64,000 nt of DNA from NCBI RefSeq assembly GCF_006345805.1, contig NC_043009.1:41602001-41666000 (forward strand). The letters are read 5' to 3'. The translations under genes were made by a program, and so were the position numbers. How positions within the stretch are numbered: the stretch's first letter is position 1; each line of letters begins with the position of its first letter. Below are positions 11,690 to 24,912 of this stretch, piece after piece. This DNA comes from Octopus sinensis. Lineage: Eukaryota. The notes below the pieces were generated by a model that did not search any database, was not told where the DNA came from, and saw only the letters and a program-made list of their open reading frames with translations.

Positions 11690-12699
11690 CTGCCACAAAA
11701 ATGCGAAACATATCAAGCAGACCGCAAAAAGAACAGGTAGAAACAACTTGAGCAGTGGAGCCAGAAGCCTCTGCATGGACAGTATATACTTCGAAGCTGA
11801 AATGCTGATATAGACCAAGCAACAACCCATTAGTGGCTGAGAAGCTCAGGATTGAAAGCAGAGACTGATGGTTTTATATTAGCGGCACAAGATCAAAGCT
11901 TGCTTAGAAAAAACTACCAGGTTAATGTTTTTTCAAAACGGTCCTGTCTCTAAATGCAGATTCTGTGATAAATTTGATGAAACAATAGAACATCTCGTCT
12001 CGGGATGTCTTGTGCTAACACCAAAGGAATACAAAAGCACCACGATTGAGTAGGACAGTATTTTGGAAAATATGTAAGCATATTTCAGCGGTGGTGCCCC
12101 AGCATGGCCGCAGCCTTCGGGCTAAAGCATTTTTAAGGATTTTAAGGATTTATATGGAAAATATGTTAAACTGGTATGACCATCATCCTGAGCCAGTCGT
12201 TGAAGGTAAAAATATCACTATCCTCTGGGAAATTCCAGTCAACGCCGACAGAACGATCCAGGATAATAGACCAGACACAGTCATTAAAGACAGAGAAGAT
12301 CATACTTGAAGACTAATAGATATAAGTGTTCTCACTGATAAAAATATACCTGTCAAGGAACTTGACAAATTAAGTAAATGTAAGGTCCTGGAAATTGAAA
12401 TACAAAAGATGTGGCATCTTAAAGTGAAAACTGTTCCTGTTACTCTGGTTATCCTTAATCTGAGAAGAAAAGGGTGTGAGAAACATCTAGATAGCATCCC
12501 AGGAGAACCATGTCTCAGACAGAAATCCAAATGCTTGTGCTGACTAGTATTGCCCACATCCTGTGAAAAACGCTATCAATATAAATGCCTGTGTTGTACT
12601 ACATGAAAATATTTCGCTACTGGCCTTGTCACATGCCCTTCTTAAGTTTTCAGTCATACTGTAACAACACTTATCCTTCAATTAAAAATAAGACTATTG
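11687..12699 (+). mobile_element. 3' ~1 kb of a Dong/R4-clade non-LTR retrotransposon (CCHC knuckle + restriction-like endonuclease), decayed, inserted in (TAA)n
   Basis: Translation QLEQWSQKPLHGQY...WLRSSGLKAETDGFILAAQDQSL...KCRFCDKFDETIEHLVSGC...WYDHHPEPVVEGKNITILWEIPVNADRTIQDNRPDTVIKD...LIDISV..ELDKLSK...LEIEIQKMW. Stop about 12584, then 3' UTR and (AAT)n. Confidence 0.92.
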
Positions 12700-12709
12700 A
12701 ATAATAATA

Positions 12710-12790
<81 letters not shown>

Positions 12791-12809
12791 TATTATTATT
12801 ATCATTATT

Positions 12810-12841
<32 letters not shown>

Positions 12842-12908
12842 TATTATTATTATATTATTATTATTATTATATTATCATTACTATCATTATTATTATCATT
12901 ATTATCAT
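12700..12908. repeat. (AAT)n switching to (ATT)n/(CAT)n trinucleotide array
   Basis: Directly visible; orientation flips near 12728. Confidence 0.95.
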
Positions 12909-12914
12909 TCTTTG

Positions 12915-13092
12915 TCATATTCACAAGGCTTAAATTTGGGGCAAGGGTATAATCGATTACGTCGACCACAGTACTCAGCTGGATGAAAGGTAAAGTCGGT
13001 CACAGCGGAATTTGAACTCAGAGCATAGCAACGGGTGAAATACCGCTAAGCATTTCGTCGAGCATGCTAACAATTCTACCAGTTCACCACTT
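12915..13092 (-). mobile_element. SINE family B (degenerate)
   Basis: ATGAAAGGTAAAGTCGG..GCGGAATTTGAACTCAGA..TGCTAACAATTCTACCAGTTCACC. Confidence 0.8.
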
Positions 13093-13094
13093 TC

Positions 13095-13375
13095 AATAAT
13101 AATAATAATAAAAATAATAATAATAAAAATAATAATAATAATAAAAATAATAATAATAATAAAACAAAAAAATAATAATAACAATAATAATAATAATGAT
13201 AATAGTAATAATAATAATAATAACAGTAATAATAACAATAATAATAATAATAATATAATAATAATAATAATAACAATAATAATAATATGATAATAGTAAT
13301 AATGATAAATAATAATAAAAAAATAATAATAATAATAATACATAATAATAATAACCAATCATAATAATAATAATG

Positions 13376-13420
<45 letters not shown>
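13095..13420. repeat. (TAA)n-based microsatellite
   Basis: Directly visible. Confidence 0.95.
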
Positions 13421-13424
13421 TAAC

Positions 13425-13766
13425 AGGCACTGGTTCTCATGGCTTCTGATCTTAACTAATTGAAAGTGTTATCATGTAGAATTAACCTCTGGAAACATGG
13501 CTGTTTTGTTCAACATTCTTAAATAACCCTTATTCGGGGACGTTTTGAGTGGGGTGGGCTACTCGATCCGAAGAAAATTCTAACTGGGACCCGACAGCAA
13601 GGTCATGCGCTGTTTATCTAGATATGAGAGTACCATGTTGCGCACATATGATTGTGATGCATGTGCCTGGTGTACCCTTATCAGACGGATTGTCATAATG
13701 GGTATATTGGGCTTTGTATATTTGTACCCCAGTGTCACTTTGATGGCCTGCGTTGCTCCTTCACTC
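13425..13766 (+). mobile_element. ~340-bp non-coding element embedded in (TAA)n and ending in (AAT)n
   Basis: 3' 108 bp shared with 11531-11637; TAA flanks on both sides. Confidence 0.7.
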
Positions 13767-13789
13767 AATAATAATAATGTTTTCAAATT

Positions 13790-13992
13790 TTGACACAAAG
13801 CCAGTAAGTTTTTGGTATAGAGTAAGTCGATTACATTGACCCCAGCATTCAACTGGTAGAGTTGTTTTACTGACATCGAAAGGATGAAGGGCAAAGGCGA
13901 CCTCAGAGGAATTTGAGCTCAGAACACGAAGACAGACGAAATGCCGCTAAGCATTTTTGCCTCGTTTGCTAACATTTCTGCCAGCTCGCCGA
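13790..13992 (-). mobile_element. SINE family B
   Basis: GGATGAAGGGCAAAGGCGACCTC..GAATTTGAGCTCAGAAC..TTTCTGCCAGCTCGCCG. Confidence 0.8.
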
Positions 13993-14250
13993 TAATAGTT
14001 GTTGCTATCGTTCTGTCTAACATTAGCACGAGACTCTCTGGAGGAGAGCAATGACTATATCGATCTCAATGCATGACTGACATTCTACCTAGCAGGATTT
14101 GAAATCAGAACGTAAAGAGGCGGAACAAATAGTGCATGCCATTTTATCGAACACTCCAACGATTTTACGGTCGAAAATGTTGGAAGAGAACAATTGTTTT
14201 CACAGACGTTTCAGGGGAAAAACCTATAAAAACTGAGTATTTGTACAACC

Positions 14251-14252
14251 AG

Positions 14253-14283
<31 letters not shown>

Positions 14284-14285
14284 AC

Positions 14286-14340
<55 letters not shown>

Positions 14341-14921
14341 ACACACACACACAGACACACACACACACACAACACAAGAAGAAGGATGCAGGCATACACA
14401 CATACATATATAGGTGTGTACATACCTATTTATGTGTGTTCATTTGTGTGTGTGTGTGCATATAAATATATTTATATCTATACATACACACACACATATG
14501 TATATACTAACATACACACACACACACACATATATTTATACATATGCATATATACATGCACATATATAAATGTATGTGCATATATGCATATATATACAAA
14601 CACATACACACACACATATATATAAGCTTATAAGCATGCATATATATATATATATGCCTACACGCAGACACACACATACATACATACATATATACACACA
14701 TACACACACACATACACACACATACATACACACACAACACATACTAAAAGACTGCTGATCCTGGATAATCACGGTTCAATGATTGGAACAGTAAAATTAT
14801 AAAAGAATACTCACGCTTATATAGATATGTGTGTGTACTCAATCGCACATAGATACAAACGTATACATACACACACATACACATATACACTCATACATAT
14901 ACACGTGTAACAGTTTTTGTA

Positions 14922-14958
<37 letters not shown>

Positions 14959-15062
14959 ATGTGTGCGTGTGTGCGTTTGTGTGCGCACGTTTCTGCTATA
15001 TTTATAGATTGCTCCGAAATATATATTTTTGTTGAATTTTTTCGGAAACGATATTACAATAA

Positions 15063-15121
<59 letters not shown>

Positions 15122-15276
15122 TAATAGCTACAATAATACAAAACAACATCATCATCATCATCATCATTGTTATTGTTACCTTCGTCCTCGTCGTCGTCGT
15201 TATGGTCTTAATCATGATCATAATCATCATCATCATCACCATCACCATCATCATCATCATCATGATTATCTACTGC

Positions 15277-15310
<34 letters not shown>

Positions 15311-15375
15311 GCAACAACAGCAACATCAACAACAACAACAACAACAGCAACAGCAACAACAACATTAATGACAAC
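14251..15375. repeat. Large (CA)n/(TG)n/(CAT)n/(CAA)n compound microsatellite region
   Basis: Directly visible; explains the His/Thr, Cys/Val and Ile/Asn ORFs. Confidence 0.9.
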
Positions 15376-15577
15376 AATATGGCATGGAAGCGATTACAAT
15401 GGACACTTTATATATATATATACTCGGCTTTCAATTTTTGTCTATAATCTTTATTTTTATTTTTACTCGTTCGCTCACACCGATTCCTTCTTCTGCATGA
15501 TTTGCGATCTAATTGTTTGAATAGATGCAAACAAGCGAACGTAAAACACGTATACATATTAGACTCTGCCACTCTAC

Positions 15578-15612
<35 letters not shown>

Positions 15613-15616
15613 ATAT

Positions 15617-15660
<44 letters not shown>

Positions 15661-15734
15661 TATGAATGTATGTATGTATGTATATATGTATGTGGTAGTG
15701 TATGTGTGACTGCGTGTGTCTGTGTGTTTTGCAG

Positions 15735-16089
15735 AACGAGACGAACCAAATTGGTCTTAAATCGACTCGCTGATCGAGCATTCTTCCCCCCAGGCTGTGT
15801 GAAAAACCGATTCCATAGCACAGGCAGGGAGATAAGATCAAGAATACGTAAATCCCTGTCGAAGTCGGATATTGATTTGAATCTAAAGCTTTGTATCCGG
15901 TCTGACAGCTTTGTTCTATTACACACACTCCAAGACAATGGCACACACAACAGACAAATAGATTGGCATTGGTCTGCGGAGAAATCACGTTTCCTCCAAC
16001 TGTCAATGGCAATAAAGTATTCCAATATAAACAGAGAATCGACCGTGAAATACAAGAGTTTGACAAGACAATGGAATATGGAATGTTAA
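15735..16089 (+). CDS. Candidate coding exon of an unidentified gene (unconfirmed)
   Basis: High-complexity island between microsatellites, preceded by acceptor-like TGTGTTTTGCAG. One frame is open for ~118 codons ([26 protein letters not shown]...[28 protein letters not shown]...WNMEC*). No family recognised. Confidence 0.3.
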
Positions 16090-16140
16090 ACGTTTCTCTA
16101 GCTCCTCCTGTGGATCATATTGTCTCCTCATATCAATTTG

Positions 16141-16151
16141 TTAATCTACCA

Positions 16152-16223
<72 letters not shown>

Positions 16224-16700
16224 GTCTGTCTGTCTATCTATCTATATATCTATCTACCTACCTACCTACCTACCTACCTATCTATCTTTCTTTCTCTCTC
16301 TCTCTGTCTATTTTTACTTTCTCTCTCTCTCTGTCTGTCTCTTTATTCTCCCTTTCTGTCTCTATCTTTCTATTCTCTCTCTCTGTGACCCTCTCTCTCA
16401 TACATACATATATTCATATTACTATCCATCCATCCATCCATTTATCTATCCATCCATCCATCCATCCATCCATCCATCCATCCATACATACATACATACA
16501 CATATGCAAACATGTATGCATACACTCATACACAAATCAGTCAATTTGTGTTTCAGTCTATCATAATTCATTCTTACATGTATGTATGTATGTATGTATG
16601 TATGTATGTATGTATGTATGTATGTATGTATGTATGTATCTCTCTATTTATCTATCTGTGCATGTGTATACACACACACACACATATATATCTATATATA
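16141..16700. repeat. Tetranucleotide block (TCTA)n/(CCTA)n/(CCAT)n/(TATG)n
   Basis: Directly visible. Confidence 0.92.
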
Positions 16701-17526
16701 AAATTTCAGTTAACAGCACAAATTATCCATATACTCGCTGACGTAATAACTCATCGTAAAACCAAAGTTGATAAAATAACGATCAATATATTAAAGTGGT
16801 TCACCTTCGTATCGTCTCGGCAGTACCTGCTGAATTTCTCCGTCATATATAAACCCCTTGTAATGGTTTAGTCCATCTAGGTATAAGCAGGTACAATGAC
16901 AGGTGTGAAATTATCGGGACAGAATCAGTGTTTCGGTGCACAATTATACAGTGTCCTTTAGTATTTGTAAGCTCTGTTATATCGTTTTCAGCTCAAATAT
17001 TCTCTCAGCATCCTCAGTCGGACCAAATTATTATCAATATTCCCTGTAAGGCAGCGAGCGAGCGGGCAGAATCTTTAGCACACCGGGCCAAATGTTTAGC
17101 GGCGTTTCGTCCGTCAGTACGTGCTGTGTTCAAAGCCACAAGAGTCGACTTTACTTTTCGTGGAATATGCAACCACTTACACATTAATTCAGAAGAACGT
17201 AGATCAGTTTATCGAACAACTGAATCCTCACCGGCGAAAGAAGGAGATCTATTACGATTATCACAAGAATAGGTGCAGTGTGGCCAAATTATTAAGAAGT
17301 GCGCTTCACAACTACAGCGTTTCACGTTCGAACCCGGTGCATTTCATCTTGGGCAAATGCCACTTTATATAATTTTGCATTGAACCATATTTTGTGAGTG
17401 AAATTTGGTAGATAAAAACTGTATAGGAGCTCGTCGGGTGGATTATACCTGGACATTAAAGGCTCTGTCACACACAATGTCATGCTAACTGTGCCTGAGA
17501 GTTACTTTAAGAATATTCCTATCGCT

Positions 17527-17900
17527 GAAGGCGGCAAGTTGGCAGAAACGTTAGCACGCCTGGCGAAATGCTCAGCGGTATTTCGTCTGCCGTTACGTTC
17601 TGAGTTCAAATTCCACCGAGGTCGGCTTTGCCTTTCATCCTTTCGGGGTCGATAAATTAAGTACTATGTTTAGCCCCTTGTGGGCAATAAATAAATAAGA
17701 AACGTTAGCACGCCGGGCGAAATGTTTAGCGATATTTCGTCTGCCTTTACACTCTTAGTTCAAATTCCGTCAACGTCAACTTTGCCTTTCATCCTTTTAG
17801 GTTCGATAAATTAAGTACCAGTTGCCTACTGTGATCGATCTAATTGAGTGGTCCCCTATCCCCAAAATTTCGTGCCTTGTGCCTCGAGTAGAAAAGAATA
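17527..17900 (+). mobile_element. Dimeric SINE family B (a partial head also lies at ~17050-17165)
   Basis: Head GAAGGCGGCAAGTTGGCAGAAACGTTAGCACG, two TTTGCCTTTCATCCTTT..GTCGATAAATTAAGTAC cores, tail AGTAGAAAAGAAT. Confidence 0.88.
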
Positions 17901-18549
17901 TTCCTATCGGTGGAAAACTTAAAAATATATTCATTAGTTCTGGAAAAGGTAGTTCACTTCCTTAAACGAGTGAATTCTCATCATCGAACGACAAATGTAC
18001 ACAACCATCACCTACGACCATTTTCAATAATTTTGCCAAATTTTGCCAGAATTCAAAGCAAGAACTTTGAGATATGTGAATGGATATACAATCAGTAAAT
18101 TCTTACAATTGCAATGCGATCTGTAATTTCACATCATATTAAGATAATTTAAATAAATATATTATTCAATTAGACCGGTGGCATCACTCCCATATTGAGG
18201 TTCTCCAAACAAAAATTCTTCATGAGAACTTTTTAAAATTATTCAATTAAAGTAAGTTTGAAAGATTTTAGTTTCATTTCTTTCGTTTCTGTTCCATTTT
18301 TTACTGACACTTCGGTCCATCTTTGGAAGGTTCCGGTACTGTAAGAGTACCGACCCCTCAATCAACCTTCTCCATTTCTTGAGAAAAGACGTCCCGTATG
18401 ATTTACCACGGTGGAATATCACCGATTCCAAGAACGAAAAAAAAAGTAAAGCAAAGGATATGAGACAGTTAATACTGTCAGTCTCTCTCTCCGGAGAAAG
18501 AGAGCGAGAAAGAGGGAGAGGGAGAGAGAGGAATGCAGTCCTGCTGAAC

Positions 18550-18780
18550 AATCTGCACAGGTGATTTGCTTGTGCTGCACATTACCTTACTCAACTCCTG
18601 CAGATCGACATCACCTGCACAGGTGCACGGTGTGTCACACGTCAGTTGTCGAAGAGGTCGCAAAGCAACGTGAGATGGAGTGTTTTGCTGAAGAACACAA
18701 CTCAGCACTCGGTCCGGGTATCGAGCCCACAATCTCACGCTCATTAGTGCAACGCCTTAACCACAAAGACACGCACCCTC
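18550..18780 (-). mobile_element. tRNA-derived SINE (family D-like)
   Basis: Minus strand GTGGTTAAGGCGTTGCACTAATGAGCGTGAGATTGTGGGCTCGATACCCGGACCG...GTGTTCTTCAGCAAAACACT. Confidence 0.7.
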
Positions 18781-18954
18781 ACTCGATTGATATTATACTT
18801 ATCGATACCTGAAAAAAAATCACAAAGATGACCTGAGTGGGGAATGAACTCCAAGTAGCGAAACAAATAACACAAGATGTTTTACCTGACGTTCTAAAAG
18901 CTCTGCCAATTCACGTACCCAAATTATAAGCCAGTCGAGTAACGATATCAAATA

Positions 18955-19195
18955 CACTCTTCTTCCTCTTCCTCTTCCTCCTCCTTCCCATCCTCTCCTC
19001 CTCCTCCTCTTCATCATCATCATCATCATCATCATCATTTTCTTCTTTCTCTTCTCAATTTTCTTCTTCCTATTCTTTCACTTATTCTTTCTCTCCTCCT
19101 CCTCCTCTTCCTCCTTTTCCCTCTTCTTCTTCTTCTTCTTCTTCTTCTTCTTCTTCTTCTCTTTTTCTTCTTCTTCTTCTTCTTCTTCCTCTTCT
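18955..19195. repeat. Polypyrimidine (TCC)n/(CAT)n/(TTC)n tract
   Basis: Directly visible. Confidence 0.9.
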
Positions 19196-19959
19196 CGAAG
19201 AACGAGAATCTATGTAGTTAATGTCAAATCATAAACAGCAAACCATGTCGCTCCACCTCCACCACCGCCACCCCACCAGACCACTAAACTATTTTTCTTC
19301 AAGAAGAAATTCCAAAACAAAAATTTGTAGGAGCCATTTCCCCCTTCTACGCCTCCCATCACCGAGCACAAAAAAATAAACATTTGATCTACTATTTCAA
19401 ACGCTCACATTAATATCTCTACTAAAAAGATAACTCCTCTAAAGAAAAAAAGAAAGAATAAAAAAGTTAGCCAAAATACGTAAATAAACTCACCAAGTAC
19501 CTGGAAATCCATAGAAGTTATATAGTTTTGACTTGATCCTGAAGAAAAAGACATAAAACAATTTTAGTAAGTGCGAGCCGGTAACATACCAGATGTGTAC
19601 GTGTATGTGAGCAGAATAGAAATATTTCCTTTTTCGAATTCAGGCCTTTTCCTGCATTCTCAATAGTATTTTAAACGTTCTGTTGTTTCATATACTACGA
19701 ATAATTGTAGCTCATCTCAGCTTACAATGATAACTAACAAAATGATACCCAAGACACAGTTGTTAGTATCGGGTAATTGTTTTGTGTATAAAAGTGTAGT
19801 GCAAGAAATATGATTAATTGAAAAAAGAAGACAGCTTTTTTTAACGTCTGCGAAATAGATAGTAAGTTAACCAAGACGGTATTGGCTCGTCATATCATAT
19901 TTATATATCAGCATGTTTTGTGAGTGTAGACATCTGGATACGTTTTGTTTACTATTACA

Positions 19960-20014
19960 ACGTGCATACACATTGTGTGCGTGCGGGTGAGTGCATGTGT
20001 GTTTGTGTATATGA

Positions 20015-20050
<36 letters not shown>

Positions 20051-20946
20051 TAATTATATATAATATATACATGCCTTCATACATACATACATACATTATA
20101 TATATATATATACATGCATACATATATATATAATGTTTACACGTGCACACACACACACACACACACAAAAACACAAATACACAGATATGTATATATGTAC
20201 ATGCATACGTATGTATATATATATATATATGTATGTATACATGTATGCATAGATTTATGCACATGTGCATGTATAGGTAATTATATATGTTTATATATGC
20301 ACAGATGTAAATATATACGTGTATGTGTGTGTATGTATTTATCTAAGTATGTATGTATATATGCATATATTTTGCATAACAATGTACGTTTGAGAGTGTC
20401 CTTGTGTGTGTGAGTGTATAAATACATGAACACGTACGCGTTTGCAAATAATTGTGAACGCTTTTACGAGAAGACAGGGAGACCCTTGAATGACTAAGTG
20501 GGGGGTGCTGTATCAAGCTGTTAGACACTCGATGAAACGTTTTGAGGATTTCCTTCCTATAGCGAACCTGATGCTAGTATTAGGACTGCTTCTTCTGGAT
20601 CACAGCTGCGTCTTGAAGCATTCAAGTAACCAGAATCCTCAAGAAACCCAAATTTTTTTTCAACAATATGGGAAAATGGTTTACTCTATGGCAGTGCATT
20701 CAGAAGAGGCCATAATATATTTCGTACGTACACATGGTAGTAGAATAAATTGAATAACAGTCTGCAGTGTACTGGAAATTTTATACTCCATCTAACATTC
20801 AGAGCAAAGTAACATATATCGTTCGGATCAGTGAAACCTATTTCCTTCCGAGAAAAGGAACATACATACATACATACATACATACATCATACATATATAT
20901 ATGTGTTGTGTGTGTGTATGTATGTATATGTATATATATATATGCA

Positions 20947-20985
<39 letters not shown>

Positions 20986-21290
20986 TATATATAAGTATGT
21001 ATATTTATGTTATATATATATATATATAAATGTATATATATATGTATGTATGTGTATATATTATATATAAATGTATATATATGTATAAATGTATATATAT
21101 ATATATGTATATATATATGTATCTATGTATGCATTTATGTATACTCAATGCAGACACATGCACTTATACATTGCTTGCACTATCATGTTTACATATATTT
21201 AGCTTTATGCATAATTACATTTTATGTGTGTGTGTGTTTGCGTGTGTTTATGTATGTGTTTGTGTGCGTGTGTGCGTGTGTGTATTTCCG
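19960..21290. repeat. Two TA/TG-rich microsatellite blocks (19960-20420, 20870-21290) around a ~430-bp unique island
   Basis: Directly visible. Confidence 0.85.
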
Positions 21291-21758
21291 TCTTTCGCAA
21301 ACGTTAGCAACGGGATGTGAAAATGAAAGCAAAGTTTCTTGATTTCGCTCACATTGAAAAACGCTATTCTGGTACAAGTTTCATAATTAAAATGCAATAA
21401 AGGGACGAACATAATCTTCAACTGCTTCTTTTTACAATAACAACTAAAGAAACTATGCAGATAGTCACTGGACTATATACGCTAAGGAGTGACCTTGTGG
21501 CAGCCATTGGTTAGGACGGAATGACACTATTTGGCGCAGCTGGCTGGGCGTTCAGCCTATTTTGGGGACAATGCTTTCTGGCGCTGAAGGAAACTCACGC
21601 AGACATACAGAGACATGCGCACACAGAAACAATCATCTTGCATGCATGCACACGCGGGCAGTAATATACACGTACATATAGGAAGATTGAGAGAGATATC
21701 ACAATTTATTAATTGAACACGATTAACATAGACACTTTCCCTGTCTTCATACACATAA

Positions 21759-21797
<39 letters not shown>

Positions 21798-22268
21798 GCG
21801 ACTAAGAGAGAGTGGGGGTAAGAGAAAGGGGAGGAGAGAACGAGAGAAGCAGTGAAACGTCTGATGCTAAATAAGTCAGCGTTGAATCAGTGATCCTAGA
21901 TTCGCGGGGCTCGGAAATATCTCATATCATAGTCAGGAAACGAAAACGATAGTCGTATATGGTATTGCACCATAACAAGATGCTAAGTACTAACGCTTCG
22001 GTGTAGGAGAGGGACACTAATCGACAAAGAAATAAATAAGATTCAGTCCGTATTTATTCTCATACCACTCTAAAATATCTCAAAAAATAGATCATTGTAA
22101 CTTAAGATATTTCTGTTGAGTATCACAGTGGTAAACCATATTCGAAGTATAAGTATCCTAAGTTCAGTTAATCGGTGTGTCTTGCAAGCTCTCTGATTCC
22201 GATTTCGAATCTCCCGCTTACATCCACTTACGGTAACTTAAGCAACTTATATAAGACAAATAAAAGTA

Positions 22269-22487
22269 CATTAATCCCTCGACAATCGCGGGTGTTACGT
22301 TCCATAACCCCAAGTGATAGGTGAAATTCCGTGCAGTAGAAACAGTACTGTATAAAGTTTTTCATTATTTTTTATAATTTGTATATATTTATTTTATTAT
22401 AAATGCAGAACAACACCATGGAGGAATCGACGTAAGTTTAAACAATAAACCGCGATAGGTGAACTGCGATATGGTAAGGGATTACTG
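22269..22487. mobile_element. Tigger/pogo-type MITE with TA TSD
   Basis: TA|CATTAATCCCTCGACAATCGCGG ... CCGCGATAGGTGAACTGCGATATGGTAAGGGATTACTG|TA; imperfect TIRs of the CAGTAATCCC type. Confidence 0.8.
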
Positions 22488-24154
22488 TATATTGGTGGTT
22501 GTATAAATAAATTAAAATCTATTTAAATATTTTATCTATTTTACGATGAACGTAAAATAGATAAAACGAAGTTTGCTTTAGAAGCATTGAGATGTCTTAG
22601 AAAGTTAAAGAAGTGAATTTAAATTCTCAAACGCAGGATAATGCTAATAGTATAGCCTGAACAGGATAAGCTAGCCCTATTTTGCAGAAAAAAGTGTTGT
22701 CGGCCGGCTATTTTAAAATTAATCAAGGATACAAGTAATCATTTCTAATTTCAAGTGGATGATGGTTTTGATGCGGTTCATCGTTTTCATTGGTCTCAGC
22801 AACGGACTGATACTTCATTTTTATTGACCACGTAAAGATGAAAGGCAAAGTTTATTTCGATAGAATTAGAACTCAGAACATAAATAGGCGAAACAAATGA
22901 GCTATGCATGTTGTTTGACTGTCTAGTGATTCTATCAGTTCAGCGCCTTTAAAGGATACAAATAATGGTATAAATTTTTTTAATTAATAACAAACAAAAA
23001 AACTGTTGATTTAAAAATTCCAGATTATGAGCAACTGCATTCAAGTAGTTATATTTTTGTTCAAAATTGTAAAGCCCTACCACGTTTCTAACACCTTTAC
23101 TTATAGCTCCCTATTTCGTCGTTTGGTAGCATCCTTTACCCCAGATTAAATTTTGTGCCTTGGCTTAGGATGAAGCCTATACTTCTTAACGAAATTAAAT
23201 GATTTCCATAAATGAGATATTCTCCTTGTTTTCTTCTCCACGCTGCTGGAATTTATTTGTGTTATATAACAATTTATTTGCATTATATAATAATTTATTT
23301 ACGCCACGTACTGGGTAACTCATAACGATGCAACAGGCTATATTTGTACCTTGCTGTTTATGTCTTATACACTTTCTTTAATAGATGCGTTCGTTTTAGT
23401 CCTATTTGCCCTAAAAGGTATGCCATCAGTCTGAAACATTATATTACTGAATTAAGCGCAGTATAGCCCATTGGTTTAGGAGTTCGTTTCTCACCACAAG
23501 GTCTCGGGTTCATTCCTCTTGCTTGATATCTTAGGCAAATATTTTTGTAGCCTCGAACCTACTTACACATTGAAAATAAAATTGGGTAAACGGAAGCTAT
23601 ATAGATGTTCTGTCGAGTAGATTTACCTGTAGTTCAAAAGGTACAACTTTGTCGTACTGTGTGTCGCACTGGGTCTCCTTGAGAGTTACATTAAATTACG
23701 TGTCTGTGGAACGCTCCGCTGCTTACACATTAATTCAGGAGCAGGTTATTCCATTCATCGAACAAGTTAATCCTCCTTGTCAAACGACGAGAATCCACCA
23801 CTACCATATTAATGAAAACCAACCGAAGACATGGAAAGAATAAAACGGAGCAATGATTGTACATCTACTTGACTCCCTCAGCTGAGAAACGGCCATCGGT
23901 TTCACGAGTAAAATTTAAACTGAAATCAGAAAAAAAAAATGAAATACCACTGAAATACCAAAATTTCTTATTGTCTTTGGTCAACAAGTGTTATTTCCTA
24001 TTTGCTTCTGGTCTAAAAATCAAAGGTAATGACTACTATTCTCTTCAAACTTTGCTTTTGTGACCTAGATATCAATATTTTGAATCTGACCTGTTTTCTA
24101 TTACATTTCAGACAGATTCATCTGTGAGTTGCTGAAGCAGAAATATCCTTTCCG

Positions 24155-24718
24155 ACTCTAGGTACAAGGCCCGAAATTTTGAGGGAGTAGGGCCAGTCGA
24201 TTAGATCGAGCCCAGTACGAAACTGGAGCTTAATTTATCGACCCCAAAAGGATGAAAGGCAAAGTCGACCTCGGCGGAATTTGATGTTCAAGCATAAAGA
24301 CAGACAACATACCTATTTCTTTACTACCCACAAGGGGCTAAACACAGAAAGGACAAACAAGAACAAACAAACGGATTAAGTCGATTATATCGACCCCAGT
24401 GCGTAACAGGTACTTATTTAATCGACCCCGAAATGATGAAAGGCAAAGTCGACCTCGGCGGAATTTTGAACTCAGAACGTAGCGGCAGACGAAATACCTA
24501 TTTCTTTATTACCAACAAGGGGCTAAACACAGAGAGGAGAAACAAGGACAGGCAAACGGATAAAGTCGATTATATCGACCTCAGTGCGCAGCTGGTACTT
24601 AATTTATCGACCCCGAAAGGATGAAAGGCAAAGTCGACCTCGGCGGAATTTGAACTCAGACGAAATACGGCTAAGCATTTCGCCCGGCGTGCTAACGTTT
24701 CTGCCAGCACGCCGCCTT
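24155..24718 (-). mobile_element. Trimeric SINE family B
   Basis: Three copies of TTTATCGACCCC-AAAGGATGAAAGGCAAAGTCGACCTCGGCGGAATT (~24232, ~24417, ~24603) separated by a ~110-bp spacer; head at 24700-24718, tail at 24155. Confidence 0.92.
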
Positions 24719-24912
24719 ATGAAGCAGAAATATCTTTATAGCAAATATTCTGGTCAATACCATACACTTGCTTATCAGTTGCTTGATCTTAACCAGTTGC
24801 GCATTTCCCTTAGTGGCTGACAACATGTGCATCTCTGATCATGAGAAGGAGTAGTTGGGGAACATCATAACCATGCGATGAGAGGTGTTTCTTCGGGGTT
24901 TGTATAAATGTA

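Noticed and set aside
12697-13440. Poly-Ile/Leu/Tyr/Asn ORFs
   Set aside because: Translations of (TAA)/(ATT) arrays.
18471-18490. TAATACTGTCAG, matching the 5' end of miR-8/miR-200
   Set aside because: Only 12 nt match and there is no pre-miRNA-length hairpin.
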